DNA from: Candidatus Gygaella obscura | GTDB taxonomy: Bacteria; Omnitrophota; Gorgyraeia; Gygaellales; Gygaellaceae | Direction of reading: 5' to 3' | DNA: 64,000 bases | Assembly (NCBI GenBank): GCA_030765485.1 | Contig: JAVCCR010000017.1 | Location: 10,298 to 74,297, forward strand | In this document: positions 10,423-20,047 of the stretch, piece after piece | How positions within the stretch are numbered: position 1 is the first letter of the stretch | Layout of the letters: the number at the start of each line of letters is the position of its first letter | The notes under the pieces: model-generated | Database searches by the model: none | Told to the model about the DNA's origin: nothing | Seen by the model: only the letters and a program-made list of their open reading frames with translations | Position numbers and translations under genes: made by a program

Positions 10423-11941
10423 CTTTCATGCCTCTTTCTGAAAACACTACAGCTTCGAATGTATACATTTTAACCAAAGGGTCTTTCCATGCGTCTTTTG
10501 CTAGACCAGCCTTATGTTGACACAGATAACTTAAGAATTCTTCCTTAGTCCAACCTGTTTCTTCAGCAACTTGAGGCAAAAACACACCTTTATTAAAACC
10601 CTTTTCTACAATCACGCCATGCCTACCTAGGACTATTTCGTCAATAGAATTTACCCTTTTAGGAACAGTTAAAACTGAAATCTCAATATCAATATCCCCC
10701 AACTCTTCTCTTTTCACAGGACTGAATCTCGGATCCTGCGTAGCGGCTGATATTGCCATATCTTGAACTGTTTTATTCAGTTTTCCTCTTGGATAGATAT
10801 TTCCAATGCAACCCCGTAATGAACCGGCTTTATGCAAAGTAACAAAAACACCTCTTTCCGCCAATAAAGCAGGATCGGTATCATCAAGCGCTATAGAATT
10901 ACCACTTTTTAAAAACTCTATTAAAGTTTTACGGGCAATCTCTAATAATCTTTTTTTCTGAAAAACTTCAAACATTTTATTCTCCTTAAGTTTTTCATCG
11001 TAATAAAAAGCAACCGACGAATACCCAACAACACTTTTTTTATTAGAACACGTTTCTCCAGAATTAGAATATTTTAATATCTTCGATTCCAAATTAAGCA
11101 ATCTCGACATTTCCATAACCACTGCAACAGCGGCATAACCGCACAACTGTACACTTTTATCTAAAACAGATTTTTCTAAACTCTCGATATCTAAAGAAAC
11201 AATTGTAGACAATGTATTCTGATCAAGACTAGAACAATAATCGTAATCATAATAGTGTGAAAGATCGCTTGAGGCAATAACTAAGGTATTGCTATGCAAA
11301 ACAACATCTTTTAAAACAGACGCCAGTTCGCGAATCTCTGACACACTAACAATCCCTGTTAATATAGGTAAGACTTTTGCTGAACCTAAAACCTGTTTTA
11401 AAAAAGGTAACTGCACCTCCAGAGAATGTTCATTGATAAAAAAATCATTATTTTCCTGCAAAAAAGGCAATTCTGCCTTTAATTTATCTTTTAAACAATT
11501 ATCCACTTCCACTTTATCTAAAACAGCATCAAAATATGCCCAACTGCCAACCACAAGACCTTTAAATCCAAAATGATGACTAGGCCCTAATAAAATAATT
11601 GAATCTATTTTTTTATTTTTAATCTGATTAAACCCAACAGCCGCCACATCTCCAGAACAAGAATATGACGCATGCGGAGTAATTAAAGCATAAATCCTTT
11701 GCCCTAAGGCAAGGAGACCAGACTTATCTAACTTTTCTTCAATCATAGATCTAAGCTTCTTAGGATGCTTAGGATAAAACCTACCTGCAAAAACAGCATT
11801 TTTTAATCCCGTAGACTCCGCATATAAACAAGTTGAGAGAAATAGTCCCACAATTAAAAAAAATACTATTTTTAACTTACCAGTTACCATAAATTTTTTC
11901 CTTACAAAACTTACATTTATTATCTTTAATATTATTCTCAA
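10415..11941 (-). CDS. Fused AmmeMemoRadiSam system protein B (Memo-like) plus protein A (AMMECR1 domain), with an N-terminal signal/anchor sequence. Likely true start at the ATG at 11890.
   Basis: 508 aa. The N-terminal half has GRFYPKHP ... ITPHASYSCSGDVAAVGF ... LGPSHH (Memo family). The C-terminal half has GVFVTLHKAGSLRGCIGNIYP (AMMECR1 signature). Residues 18-45 (MVTGKLKIVFFLIVGLFLSTCLYAES) look like a signal peptide or lipobox. Confidence 0.75.
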   Translation of the reverse strand: MRIILKIINVSFVRKKFMVTGKLKIVFFLIVGLFLSTCLYAESTGLKNAVFAGRFYPKHPKKLRSMIEEKLDKSGLLALGQRIYALITPHASYSCSGDVAAVGFNQIKNKKIDSIILLGPSHHFGFKGLVVGSWAYFDAVLDKVEVDNCLKDKLKAELPFLQENNDFFINEHSLEVQLPFLKQVLGSAKVLPILTGIVSVSEIRELASVLKDVVLHSNTLVIASSDLSHYYDYDYCSSLDQNTLSTIVSLDIESLEKSVLDKSVQLCGYAAVAVVMEMSRLLNLESKILKYSNSGETCSNKKSVVGYSSVAFYYDEKLKENKMFEVFQKKRLLEIARKTLIEFLKSGNSIALDDTDPALLAERGVFVTLHKAGSLRGCIGNIYPRGKLNKTVQDMAISAATQDPRFSPVKREELGDIDIEISVLTVPKRVNSIDEIVLGRHGVIVEKGFNKGVFLPQVAEETGWTKEEFLSYLCQHKAGLAKDAWKDPLVKMYTFEAVVFSERGMKDD

Positions 11942-12986
11942 TCACAAAATAACCTGAACGATCAACTAATTTTTTCCCACATTTAGGACAATAGGTATCT
12001 TCGTTGTCACTTAACGATTTATCAATATTACCAATATAGACATATTTAAGACCGCAGTCAAGGGCAATTGAACGCGCCTTTATCAAAGTTTCAACTGGTG
12101 TAGGCGAAAGCATATCCAACTTAAAACAAGGAAAAAACCTAGAAAAATGTAATGGCGTATCTTGGCCTAAATTATCATTAATCCAAACACACATCTGCCT
12201 TATTTTTTCTAAATCATCGTTAAATAGTGTAATTACAAGATTAGTAATTTCAATATGAACGCCTTCTTCCTTTAAAACACGCAATGAATTAAGCACCGGT
12301 TCTAGAGTCCCGTTACATATCTTTGCGTAAAACTGGTCACTAAATCCTTTAAGGTCGATATTGGCTGCATCAATATACTGAGCAAGTTCACGCAAGGGTT
12401 TTTCATTGATATAACCTGAAGAATGCATTACATTCTTAATGCCTTGTTTATGGGCCAGCTTAGCGGTTTCCAGCATAAACTCATAGAAAACCGTAGGTTC
12501 ATTATAAGTATATGCGATTATTTTCCGATTGGATTTCTTGACTAAACTGACAAGCTCTCCAGGGCTCATGTGGGTTGAATCTATTTTTTCTGGAGACCCA
12601 TGTGAAATATACCAATTCTGACAAAACTTACACTTAAGATTACATCCAGCTGTAGCAATCGAAAATACTTTCTCCCCAGGCATAAAATGAAAAAGTGGCT
12701 TTTTTTCAATAGGATCCCAGCTGTTAAAAGACACTAAATTACCGTAAGTTAAAGAAATTAACTTTCCATCAACGTTTTTCCTTGAACCACAAAAACCTCT
12801 TTCACCTAGTGAAAGAATACACTTTCTGGGGCAAAGCTCACACTGCACTTTGTTATTCTTTAACTTATTATAAAAAAGTGCTTCTTTATTTATATTCTTA
12901 TCTGAAGAGAAACAATTAAAACAGAATAAATTTAAAAATATAACTATTATGCCAAAGAAAATCTTTATCCTGATATTAAAATTCAT
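11877..12986 (-). CDS. AmmeMemoRadiSam system radical SAM enzyme (PFL-activase-like) with an unusual hydrophobic N-terminal leader
   Basis: 369 aa. The conserved N-terminal Cys pair (VQCELCPRKCILSLGERGFCGSRKN) and the CNLKCKFCQNW (CxxxCxxC) cluster are typical of this family. The first 35 aa (IKIFFGIIVIFLNLFCFNCFSS) are hydrophobic and not typical. An alternative GTG start sits immediately before QCELCP. Confidence 0.8.
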   Translation of the reverse strand: MNFNIRIKIFFGIIVIFLNLFCFNCFSSDKNINKEALFYNKLKNNKVQCELCPRKCILSLGERGFCGSRKNVDGKLISLTYGNLVSFNSWDPIEKKPLFHFMPGEKVFSIATAGCNLKCKFCQNWYISHGSPEKIDSTHMSPGELVSLVKKSNRKIIAYTYNEPTVFYEFMLETAKLAHKQGIKNVMHSSGYINEKPLRELAQYIDAANIDLKGFSDQFYAKICNGTLEPVLNSLRVLKEEGVHIEITNLVITLFNDDLEKIRQMCVWINDNLGQDTPLHFSRFFPCFKLDMLSPTPVETLIKARSIALDCGLKYVYIGNIDKSLSDNEDTYCPKCGKKLVDRSGYFVIENNIKDNKCKFCKEKIYGNW

Positions 12987-13002
12987 CTTAAGTTAAATTT
13001 AT

Positions 13003-13076
13003 TGGTGGAGCCAACGGGAATCGAACCCGTAATTTAGCGTTGCGAACGCTATGTTATCCCGTTTAACTATGGCCCC
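13003..13076 (-). tRNA. tRNA-Ala (anticodon CGC), CCA encoded
   Basis: The reverse complement GGGGCCATAGTTAAACGGGATAACATAGCGTTCGCAACGCTAAATTACGGGTTCGATTCCCGTTGGCTCCACCA folds as a cloverleaf. It carries the G3:U70 Ala identity pair and a TTCGATT T-loop. Confidence 0.85.
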
Positions 13077-13102
13077 AAACATAGAATATTTACGCTACGG
13101 TG

Positions 13103-13131
13103 ACTATAACACAGTGAAGTTTTTCTTTCAA
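13103..13131 (-). promoter_or_regulatory. Sigma70-type promoter candidate upstream of tRNA-Ala
   Basis: Minus strand reads TTGAAA, a 17-nt spacer, then TATAGT, ending about 25 nt upstream of the tRNA 5' end. Confidence 0.4.
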
Positions 13132-13161
13132 TAAATTATTGTAATTTTAGGAAGGAGTTTA

Positions 13162-13779
13162 TTAACGCACAGACATGGCGCTAATAGTTACGTTAGACTC
13201 AAGAGAAACTTCGGTATTATCCATGGGATCTTCTGGTCTGGTCAAATCGTCTCTAGCGGAAATGTAAATAAACATTTTATTTGCATTCTCGTTTCCATCA
13301 CGAGTAAAAGTGGCTGAACTAATTCGAGGCCTAGTGATATCACTGCCTGAATTCCAATTAGAACCATCAAATTCATAACGTACAATTTTTTTTTCAGAAG
13401 CCGCACTGTCATCGAATACATATGCGCCCCAAGTGTTATCTTCTAAATTGGATATCGTATTATCGGATTGTCGAAACATAACTACTTTACCTGTTTCTTT
13501 TGTAGTTGCAGTGCATGAAGGAACTCCACTAGACAAAACATTCTCAATACAAACAGCTGGGCTGGATAACACTCCCGTAGATTGAGAGATATCCTTAACA
13601 ATGCTCTCCATTGCATAATTTACCTCATTATACAATACAGTCTGTCGGTCTATATCTTTGAGTTGACTTTTACTAGCCAAATCTATAGTGCTGGTAGCAA
13701 AAACAACAACCGATAACAAAATTATTGCAATAAGAAGCTCAATCAAAGATACACCAGAAGGATTATTCTGAGGGTTCAT
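13162..13779 (-). CDS. Prepilin-type N-terminal cleavage/methylation domain protein (minor pilin/pseudopilin)
   Basis: 205 aa. N-terminal SGVSLIELLIAIILLSVVVFA has the class III signal motif with Glu at +5. Confidence 0.75.
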   Translation of the reverse strand: MNPQNNPSGVSLIELLIAIILLSVVVFATSTIDLASKSQLKDIDRQTVLYNEVNYAMESIVKDISQSTGVLSSPAVCIENVLSSGVPSCTATTKETGKVVMFRQSDNTISNLEDNTWGAYVFDDSAASEKKIVRYEFDGSNWNSGSDITRPRISSATFTRDGNENANKMFIYISARDDLTRPEDPMDNTEVSLESNVTISAMSVR

Positions 13780-14137
13780 TCCAACGAATTGTTATACTTG
13801 CTTGTCTTAAATTAGTATCAGGGACTGCAGAAACATCATAAATTACCGTACCATCCCAATAAGTTAAAAACTTTTCTGGTAAATCGCTTGAATTAATAGT
13901 AAGACCATTACCTACTCTTAACTTATTGCTTGAATCAGACCAGGTATCTTGCCTTACTTCATCTTTAAGTGTTTCTAAAACTTTCCTGCCAACATTTATA
14001 GATGTCAATTTTCTACGGGAGCGCTCGGTATATCTTCTACCGGCAATAAAAACACTAAACATTCCCAAAAGCGATAAACCCATAATTATTAAAGCCACTA
14101 ATACTTCTAATATTGAAAAACCATTTTTTCTTTTCAT
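13763..14137 (-). CDS. Prepilin-type minor pilin
   Basis: 124 aa. NGFSILEVLVALIIMGL shows a G/F cleavage site, Glu+5 and a hydrophobic helix. Confidence 0.75.
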   Translation of the reverse strand: MKRKNGFSILEVLVALIIMGLSLLGMFSVFIAGRRYTERSRRKLTSINVGRKVLETLKDEVRQDTWSDSSNKLRVGNGLTINSSDLPEKFLTYWDGTVIYDVSAVPDTNLRQASITIRWNEPSE

Positions 14138-14143
14138 TTTATA

Positions 14144-14605
14144 TTATGATCCAGGAATACAATTACCGTCAACGCAGCCCGCATTTTCATCATGACTTCC
14201 AATACGCCAAGTACGATCGCTTCCAGCCATCCTATAAGCCTCCGCTTGATAATCTGAGTAGTTTGCAGTGTCCGTTTCAACGCAATAAGTCCAATTACTA
14301 TTGCTTAAATCAAGATGAAGCTTTGTATTAATATTATCTGTGTAGTCATTTCCTTTAGCACAACTACCTAAATTGCCGTAGTAATGCGGTTTTGACAATC
14401 TGTATATTTTCTGCGCGGATTGAATAAGCTTTAAAGCAGTCTTTACTTCTCTGTCAATCGCGCCTTCTTTCATCTTTACGTATCCAGGAAATGTTAAACT
14501 AGCCAAAAGCCCTACTACAATTAAAACTACCAGTATTTCAATTAACGACATACCTTTTTTATTATTCTTGAAATAATGAATCAACGATAAAAAAATGTTT
14601 TTCAC
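14144..14605 (-). CDS. Type IV pilin-like protein
   Basis: 153 aa. KKGMSLIEILVVLIVVGLLASL prepilin motif. C-terminal Cys pair (CVDGNC) consistent with a D-region disulfide. Confidence 0.75.
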   Translation of the reverse strand: MKNIFLSLIHYFKNNKKGMSLIEILVVLIVVGLLASLTFPGYVKMKEGAIDREVKTALKLIQSAQKIYRLSKPHYYGNLGSCAKGNDYTDNINTKLHLDLSNSNWTYCVETDTANYSDYQAEAYRMAGSDRTWRIGSHDENAGCVDGNCIPGS

Positions 14606-14620
14606 TTAACAATTTATCTT

Positions 14621-15046
14621 TTATGGACATTCCGGTTTACCTGCTGATTGCGCACAACCAGCCGAACAACATGCTTCTTTATATGTTGGTCTAATACGCC
14701 AAACTCTTGCTGTGCCCCCCGGATTATAATCTTGCCTGACTGCATCAACTACAAAACCAGCACTATCTGTTTTTACGCAATAACTCCAGTTATTGTCATT
14801 GAGCCTTAAAATAAGATTACTGTTTATCAAGTCAGTCATAAAACCAGCGCCGCTGATATAATATTCACCAGTTTCTAGATTATAACTATCTTCTGCAGCC
14901 TGAATAATCTTAAGGCTCGCTTTAGCTTCCCTATCTATTGAAGACTCACGAGTTTTAACATAGCCGGGTATACCTATCCCGGCTATGATCGCAAGAATTA
15001 TTATAACTATAATTAACTCTATTAAAGTAAATCCTTCTTTTACCAT
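14621..15046 (-). CDS. Type IV pilin / major pseudopilin-like protein
   Basis: 141 aa. MVKEGFTLIELIIVIIILAIIAGIGIPG, with C-terminal cysteines (CCSAGC...PEC). Confidence 0.8.
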   Translation of the reverse strand: MVKEGFTLIELIIVIIILAIIAGIGIPGYVKTRESSIDREAKASLKIIQAAEDSYNLETGEYYISGAGFMTDLINSNLILRLNDNNWSYCVKTDSAGFVVDAVRQDYNPGGTARVWRIRPTYKEACCSAGCAQSAGKPECP

Positions 15047-15053
15047 TCAAGTA

Positions 15054-15452
15054 TTAATAACCAGCTGATCCACCCCAATTACCTGACGCGCTAAGTGTTA
15101 AGGTGTAATCATTGGCAGCTGCTGCATTTGGATTCTTTCCAGCTGTATTACAACGATCTGCCGTACATATAACATCGTCAGCACTTGCACCACTACAATC
15201 ATACTCAAACCAATGCGTAGTTGTACAAGACTCAGGAACCTTAGTGCTCAAGTCACTTATAGTATTTGTATATTTATAATTTTCTAAATAATAAGATTGC
15301 TGAGCAGTTCTTAAAGTTCCTAAAATTGACCTAGCTTCAGCAGCACGACCCTTTTCTACAGTCTTACTATATTGAGTAAAACCAATTGTTGCTAATATAC
15401 CAACGATGATGATTACGATAATAAGCTCTAACAACGTAAAACCTTTTTTCAT
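15054..15452 (-). CDS. Type IV pilin (short leader, PilA/GspG-like)
   Basis: 132 aa. MKKGFTLLELIIVIIIVGILATIG, followed by RAAEARSIL as in the pilin alpha1 helix. Several C-terminal Cys. Confidence 0.8.
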   Translation of the reverse strand: MKKGFTLLELIIVIIIVGILATIGFTQYSKTVEKGRAAEARSILGTLRTAQQSYYLENYKYTNTISDLSTKVPESCTTTHWFEYDCSGASADDVICTADRCNTAGKNPNAAAANDYTLTLSASGNWGGSAGY

Positions 15453-15527
15453 TTCTCCTCCTTTTTATAATTAATAATATTATATAGTTTAATATAATTA
15501 AAATGATGTGTCAATAATTTTAAATTA

Positions 15528-16781
15528 TTACATCCCCCCTCCCGCAGTATTTGCGGTAGCAATGCTAAAAATAGGCAAAAACATAGAAATCACTAAAAAG
15601 CCGATAATAATTCCCACAAAAATTAATAAAAAAGGTTCGAATATTGATGCAAAACGATTAATAAATGTTTCCACCTGCTTCTCGTAATAATTCGCAAGAC
15701 GTTTAAACATCTTAGACAACTCACCAATCTCTTCTCCAATTGAAACCATCTGAACTACCATTGGAGGAAACAAACCGCTTTTCTCTAACGGATCAGCTAA
15801 AAGTTTTCCGTCCCGGACATTTTCTTTTATCTTACGAATAGCATCCTGCATAACATAATTACCAGAACTACGTTCAGCAATCTCCAAAGAATAAAGTATA
15901 GGAACGCCGCTTTCAACTAATGTTGCCATCTCTGATGTAAAATGCTCTACTGCCAAATCTTTTGATATTTGACCTAATATCGGAAGATTAAACCTTAAAT
16001 AATCAAAATTCCTTTTCCCGATATCTGTCTTTAAATACTGTCTCAAGAAAACTGCTACAAAAAAAGCAATAATCAAAGACGGTAAAAATATCTTCTGAGC
16101 AACAACGCTTATATTCATAATGAATTGAGTTAAAGCAGGCATTTCAGCATTAAGACTATCATAAAGCTTATTAAACATAGGAATAATCTTAAGTATAAAA
16201 AATAAAAGGGCTAATATTGCCGCAACAAAAATTATTACCGGATAAATCATCGCACTTATCAACTTCCTTTTAAAATCTTCTCGCGCCTCCAAATAGTATG
16301 CGAGCCTATCTAAAACCACAGGAAGATTACCGCTGGCTTCACCAGTTTCCATTAAATTTATCCACAGATCTGAGAAAATAACCGAATGCTTAGCAAATGC
16401 CTTATGCAAAGAATATCCATTCCTGATATCTTTAACTACCTGTTGTAAGATTTTAAACAATCTCTTACTAGACGTCTGAGGAGCAATTACCTCTAAACTC
16501 TTTAAAACACTTACTCCTGCAGAAAGCATAGTAGCAAGCTGTCTGCCAAAGCTTACCAAGTCAACACTTTTAATTCTCCAATGGGCAAACTTAAATTGCT
16601 TCTTCTTTACCTGGCTAAATATGCTTTTAATGGGTCCTGATTCTTTTTTCTGATTTACTTCTACAACGATTAAATTCCTACTTTGAAGCCGATTGATAAC
16701 CTCTTCGGAGGAAACTGCTTCTTCTGTTCCTGTTATTCTTTTACCAGATGCCTCTCTTACAACATAATTAAATTTTGCCAT
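15528..16781 (-). CDS. pilC: Type II secretion / type IV pilus platform protein, GspF/PilC family
   Basis: 417 aa with two GspF-type repeats and three TM segments. Confidence 0.88.
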   Translation of the reverse strand: MAKFNYVVREASGKRITGTEEAVSSEEVINRLQSRNLIVVEVNQKKESGPIKSIFSQVKKKQFKFAHWRIKSVDLVSFGRQLATMLSAGVSVLKSLEVIAPQTSSKRLFKILQQVVKDIRNGYSLHKAFAKHSVIFSDLWINLMETGEASGNLPVVLDRLAYYLEAREDFKRKLISAMIYPVIIFVAAILALLFFILKIIPMFNKLYDSLNAEMPALTQFIMNISVVAQKIFLPSLIIAFFVAVFLRQYLKTDIGKRNFDYLRFNLPILGQISKDLAVEHFTSEMATLVESGVPILYSLEIAERSSGNYVMQDAIRKIKENVRDGKLLADPLEKSGLFPPMVVQMVSIGEEIGELSKMFKRLANYYEKQVETFINRFASIFEPFLLIFVGIIIGFLVISMFLPIFSIATANTAGGGM

Positions 16782-16784
16782 AAT

Positions 16785-18491
16785 TTAAAAACTCATTGAA
16801 ACGCTAAGAGCCTCCTGTAAACTGGTTACACCATCCTCAACTTTTTTAATTGCTGATTCATGAAGCGACACCATTCCAGTTTCTTTTGCGATATTCTTCA
16901 AATTCAATAAATTCACCTCTCCAGACATATATTGGCGTATCTTATTATTGATTACCAAAACTTCTGCAATAACTGTTCTGCCACGATATCCTATCTGGTT
17001 ACATTTAGGACAACCCTTTGGTTTATAAATTAAGGAAGTTTTTAATTTTATACCGCCTACTTCTTCTGGTTTAGGCTCATAGGCCTCTTTACAATGTGGA
17101 CAAAGTTTTCTTAGTAATCTCTGGCCTACTATACATACTAAAGAAGGCACCAATAAATATGACTGAACTCCTATATCAACAAGACGACTTATTGCAGAAG
17201 TAGCATCGTTAGTATGAAGCGTACTTAATACCAAATGTCCTGTTAAAGCAGACCTAATACATATCTCTGCAGTCTCTAAATCTCTAACCTCACCTACAAG
17301 CATAATATCAGGATCTTGCCTTAAAAAACTCCTTAATGCTGATGCAAAATTTAAACCAATTTCCGGTTTTATCTGAACCTGGTTTACAGCATCAAGTTTA
17401 TACTCAACCGGATCTTCAACAGTCACGATATTTTTTGTAGGATTTCTTAACTCGTTAAGAGCGGCATAGAGCGTTGTGGTCTTACCAGAACCTGTAGGGC
17501 CGGTTAAAAAAACTAAACCGTAAGGAAAATTTATACAACGCCTAAAATCCTCTAACTGTTTAGATTCAAAACCAAGACGGTCTAAATCTAAAACAACTTT
17601 ACTTCTATCTAAAATCCTTAATACAACTTTCTCTCCGTAAATTGTAGGCACACTAGAAATACGTAAATCTATAACTCTATCCTCCATCTTAACACCAAAG
17701 GCACCATCTTGAGGAAGACGCTTCTCAGCTATATCAAGTCTGGCAAGAATTTTTATCCTTGAAATAATCGGTAAAAGTAAATGCCTTGCCGGAGGCGGAA
17801 TCTCATAAAGTTTACCATCAATACGATAACGTAAGCTTATTCTGTCTTTAAAAGGCTCTATATGGATATCTGAAGCTGATTCATCAATGGCCTGCCTGAT
17901 TATCAAATCAACTAATTTTACAACTGTTGCCTCTTCAGCTCTTGCAATAAGCTTATCCAAACTTAATGTGCTTGTAATCTCATCGGCAGTTTCTTCGGGT
18001 ACTTCATCTATAACTCCATAAGATTCTCTAACGGCATCTTTAAACATATTACCTCTTCCATAAAACTGTTCGATTGCTTTTATAATATCCGAACGCGTTG
18101 CCAAAACAGGATTAATATCACAACGGGTAAGCTTTCTTAAATTATCCATAAGCATAATATCCAAAGGATCAAACATCGCACAAGTAAGAGAATTAAGATT
18201 GCGAGACAATGGTAAAACAATATTTTTTAAAGCAAAATCTCTAGAAATAAGTTTTTCTAAACCCTGGTCTATTGCGGGAACAAGGAGTTTAGAGTTTTCA
18301 CTAGCAAAAGGAATATTTAACTGTTGACTTACAATTTTTATTATATCGGATTCCTGAACAAAGCCCATTTTCACAAGAATCTCACCAATCCTACCACCTT
18401 CTCGCTTCTGAGTAAGGATAGCTTTCTCAAGTTGATCATCAGTGATTAACTTTTCCTGAATTAATAATTCACCTAGATAAAGTCGTGCCAT
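16785..18491 (-). CDS. pilB: Type IV pilus assembly / T2SS ATPase, GspE/PilB family
   Basis: 568 aa. Walker A (LTGPTGSGKTTTLYAAL), Asp/His boxes and the C-terminal tetracysteine motif (CPHCKE...CPKC). Confidence 0.9.
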   Translation of the reverse strand: MARLYLGELLIQEKLITDDQLEKAILTQKREGGRIGEILVKMGFVQESDIIKIVSQQLNIPFASENSKLLVPAIDQGLEKLISRDFALKNIVLPLSRNLNSLTCAMFDPLDIMLMDNLRKLTRCDINPVLATRSDIIKAIEQFYGRGNMFKDAVRESYGVIDEVPEETADEITSTLSLDKLIARAEEATVVKLVDLIIRQAIDESASDIHIEPFKDRISLRYRIDGKLYEIPPPARHLLLPIISRIKILARLDIAEKRLPQDGAFGVKMEDRVIDLRISSVPTIYGEKVVLRILDRSKVVLDLDRLGFESKQLEDFRRCINFPYGLVFLTGPTGSGKTTTLYAALNELRNPTKNIVTVEDPVEYKLDAVNQVQIKPEIGLNFASALRSFLRQDPDIMLVGEVRDLETAEICIRSALTGHLVLSTLHTNDATSAISRLVDIGVQSYLLVPSLVCIVGQRLLRKLCPHCKEAYEPKPEEVGGIKLKTSLIYKPKGCPKCNQIGYRGRTVIAEVLVINNKIRQYMSGEVNLLNLKNIAKETGMVSLHESAIKKVEDGVTSLQEALSVSMSF

Positions 18492-18529
18492 TAATTATTA
18501 TTATAATTAAAAAAGAAAAGAAGTAAAGA

Positions 18530-20032
18530 TTAATATTCTTCTTCGTATTTTATAAGCGCCTTGTCAATTGCATTTGGGCGCTTTACGTAAAAAGACTGCT
18601 GTTCTCTCACAGGTAAAGCCGGGTAACTAGATGAAGAAAACTTTGTGTTACTGCTTAAAGTATTATCCACAATACGAGGAGTAATAAATACGATCAATTC
18701 TCTATCTTCAGGTTCGCTGGTTTTATATCTAAAAAGAGCGCCGATAAAAGGAATATCTCCCAAAATAGGTAATTTTGTTATAACGACACTTTCATAGTGC
18801 TTAATCATGCCTCCAACAACTATAGTCTCCCCATCTTTAACCTTCAATACACTCTTAGTAAAGCGTTCTTCTGGATCTTTGACGCTTTGTAACCCTCCAC
18901 TAGACGTAATAACGGTAAATCCGGAATCGATTGCTGTCTTAACGGCTGGCTCAACATAAAGAGTGATTTCGCGAGTTAATAAATTCGCACAAGGAGTAAC
19001 CTTTAAAGAAATACCTGTTTCAGCGCGCTCTGCTTCAGTTGCTGAAGTTGCCCCACCTTCTTCCGAAGTAGTTGAAGAATCAACTTGACCTATTGCTTCA
19101 TCGGTTATTATCTGAATCTCAGCAGAGTGATTATTTAAAGTCAGTATTTTCGGCCTAGCCAAAAACTTAGTATCAGTATGAGTAGAAAGAAACTTTAAAG
19201 CAACACTCATATTAGAAAAACCAGCCGTTCCATCTTCAATCCAAGGAGCGCCTTCAGAAGCATTTCTTTTCCCATGAAACAATGTTCCCAAAGGAAACTC
19301 TGTTCCTTGAGCAAAAGATGCCCCTGTAAGATTAAAGAAATTACCATTCCAATTCGCTCCAAGCTCATCAAGTACAGTCTTTTTTACATCCAACATCTGA
19401 ACCTCAATCAAAACCTGAGGTTGAGGAGTATCTAATGAATTTATTACTTGCTCAATCAACGGGAACCTAGAAGGAACATCAGTTACTATAAGGCTATTCG
19501 TTCTTCCATCTTCAGACACTGTACCATGATCGCTTAAAACATTCTCTACCGCCTCCATAATCTTACCTGAACCATCGATACTTAACCCTTCTTGTATTGC
19601 AGTAGCAAGATTTGAATTGGATACGATTGCGTTTTTTAATATATAAGTCCTTGAAATAACCTCTATTGTAGGACGACCCATTTCCTTTACAATAAAGATA
19701 TTGCTACCTTCTTCCATTTCATAAGCTAAGTTATTAGCCTTAAATATCTTGTCCATAGCATCTCTTATGGGGACACTATCAAGATAGAGACTAATTTGTC
19801 TATCCTGCACTGAATCCGTTGCCACAAAGTTAAGACTAGAGAGTATCGAAAAAGACTTTAATATGTCCCTTAAAGAAGCAGATTTAAAATCCATCGAGAT
19901 CTTCTTCGTAGGGTCTGGAAAATACAACAAATCTGTTCCGATCTGCGACTGCGCAAAAACATACCTTCCGACACAAACCGCAAGAAACACACAAATCATA
20001 AAAACAGCCATCTTATAATAATTTCTTTTCAT
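18530..20032 (-). CDS. pilQ: Secretin (PilQ/GspD family)
   Basis: 500 aa with an N-terminal signal peptide. The C-terminal secretin domain contains VITKLPILGDIPFIGALFRYKT. Confidence 0.85.
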   Translation of the reverse strand: MKRNYYKMAVFMICVFLAVCVGRYVFAQSQIGTDLLYFPDPTKKISMDFKSASLRDILKSFSILSSLNFVATDSVQDRQISLYLDSVPIRDAMDKIFKANNLAYEMEEGSNIFIVKEMGRPTIEVISRTYILKNAIVSNSNLATAIQEGLSIDGSGKIMEAVENVLSDHGTVSEDGRTNSLIVTDVPSRFPLIEQVINSLDTPQPQVLIEVQMLDVKKTVLDELGANWNGNFFNLTGASFAQGTEFPLGTLFHGKRNASEGAPWIEDGTAGFSNMSVALKFLSTHTDTKFLARPKILTLNNHSAEIQIITDEAIGQVDSSTTSEEGGATSATEAERAETGISLKVTPCANLLTREITLYVEPAVKTAIDSGFTVITSSGGLQSVKDPEERFTKSVLKVKDGETIVVGGMIKHYESVVITKLPILGDIPFIGALFRYKTSEPEDRELIVFITPRIVDNTLSSNTKFSSSSYPALPVREQQSFYVKRPNAIDKALIKYEEEY

Positions 20033-20047
20033 AGCTCGCCTCCATAT

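Noticed and set aside
11877-11941. 65-nt overlap between the radical SAM and Memo-AMMECR1 ORFs as evidence of a frameshift or pseudogene
   Set aside because: Using the in-frame ATG at 11890 for the downstream gene reduces the overlap to 14 nt, an ordinary coupling overlap. Both reading frames are intact with all family motifs.
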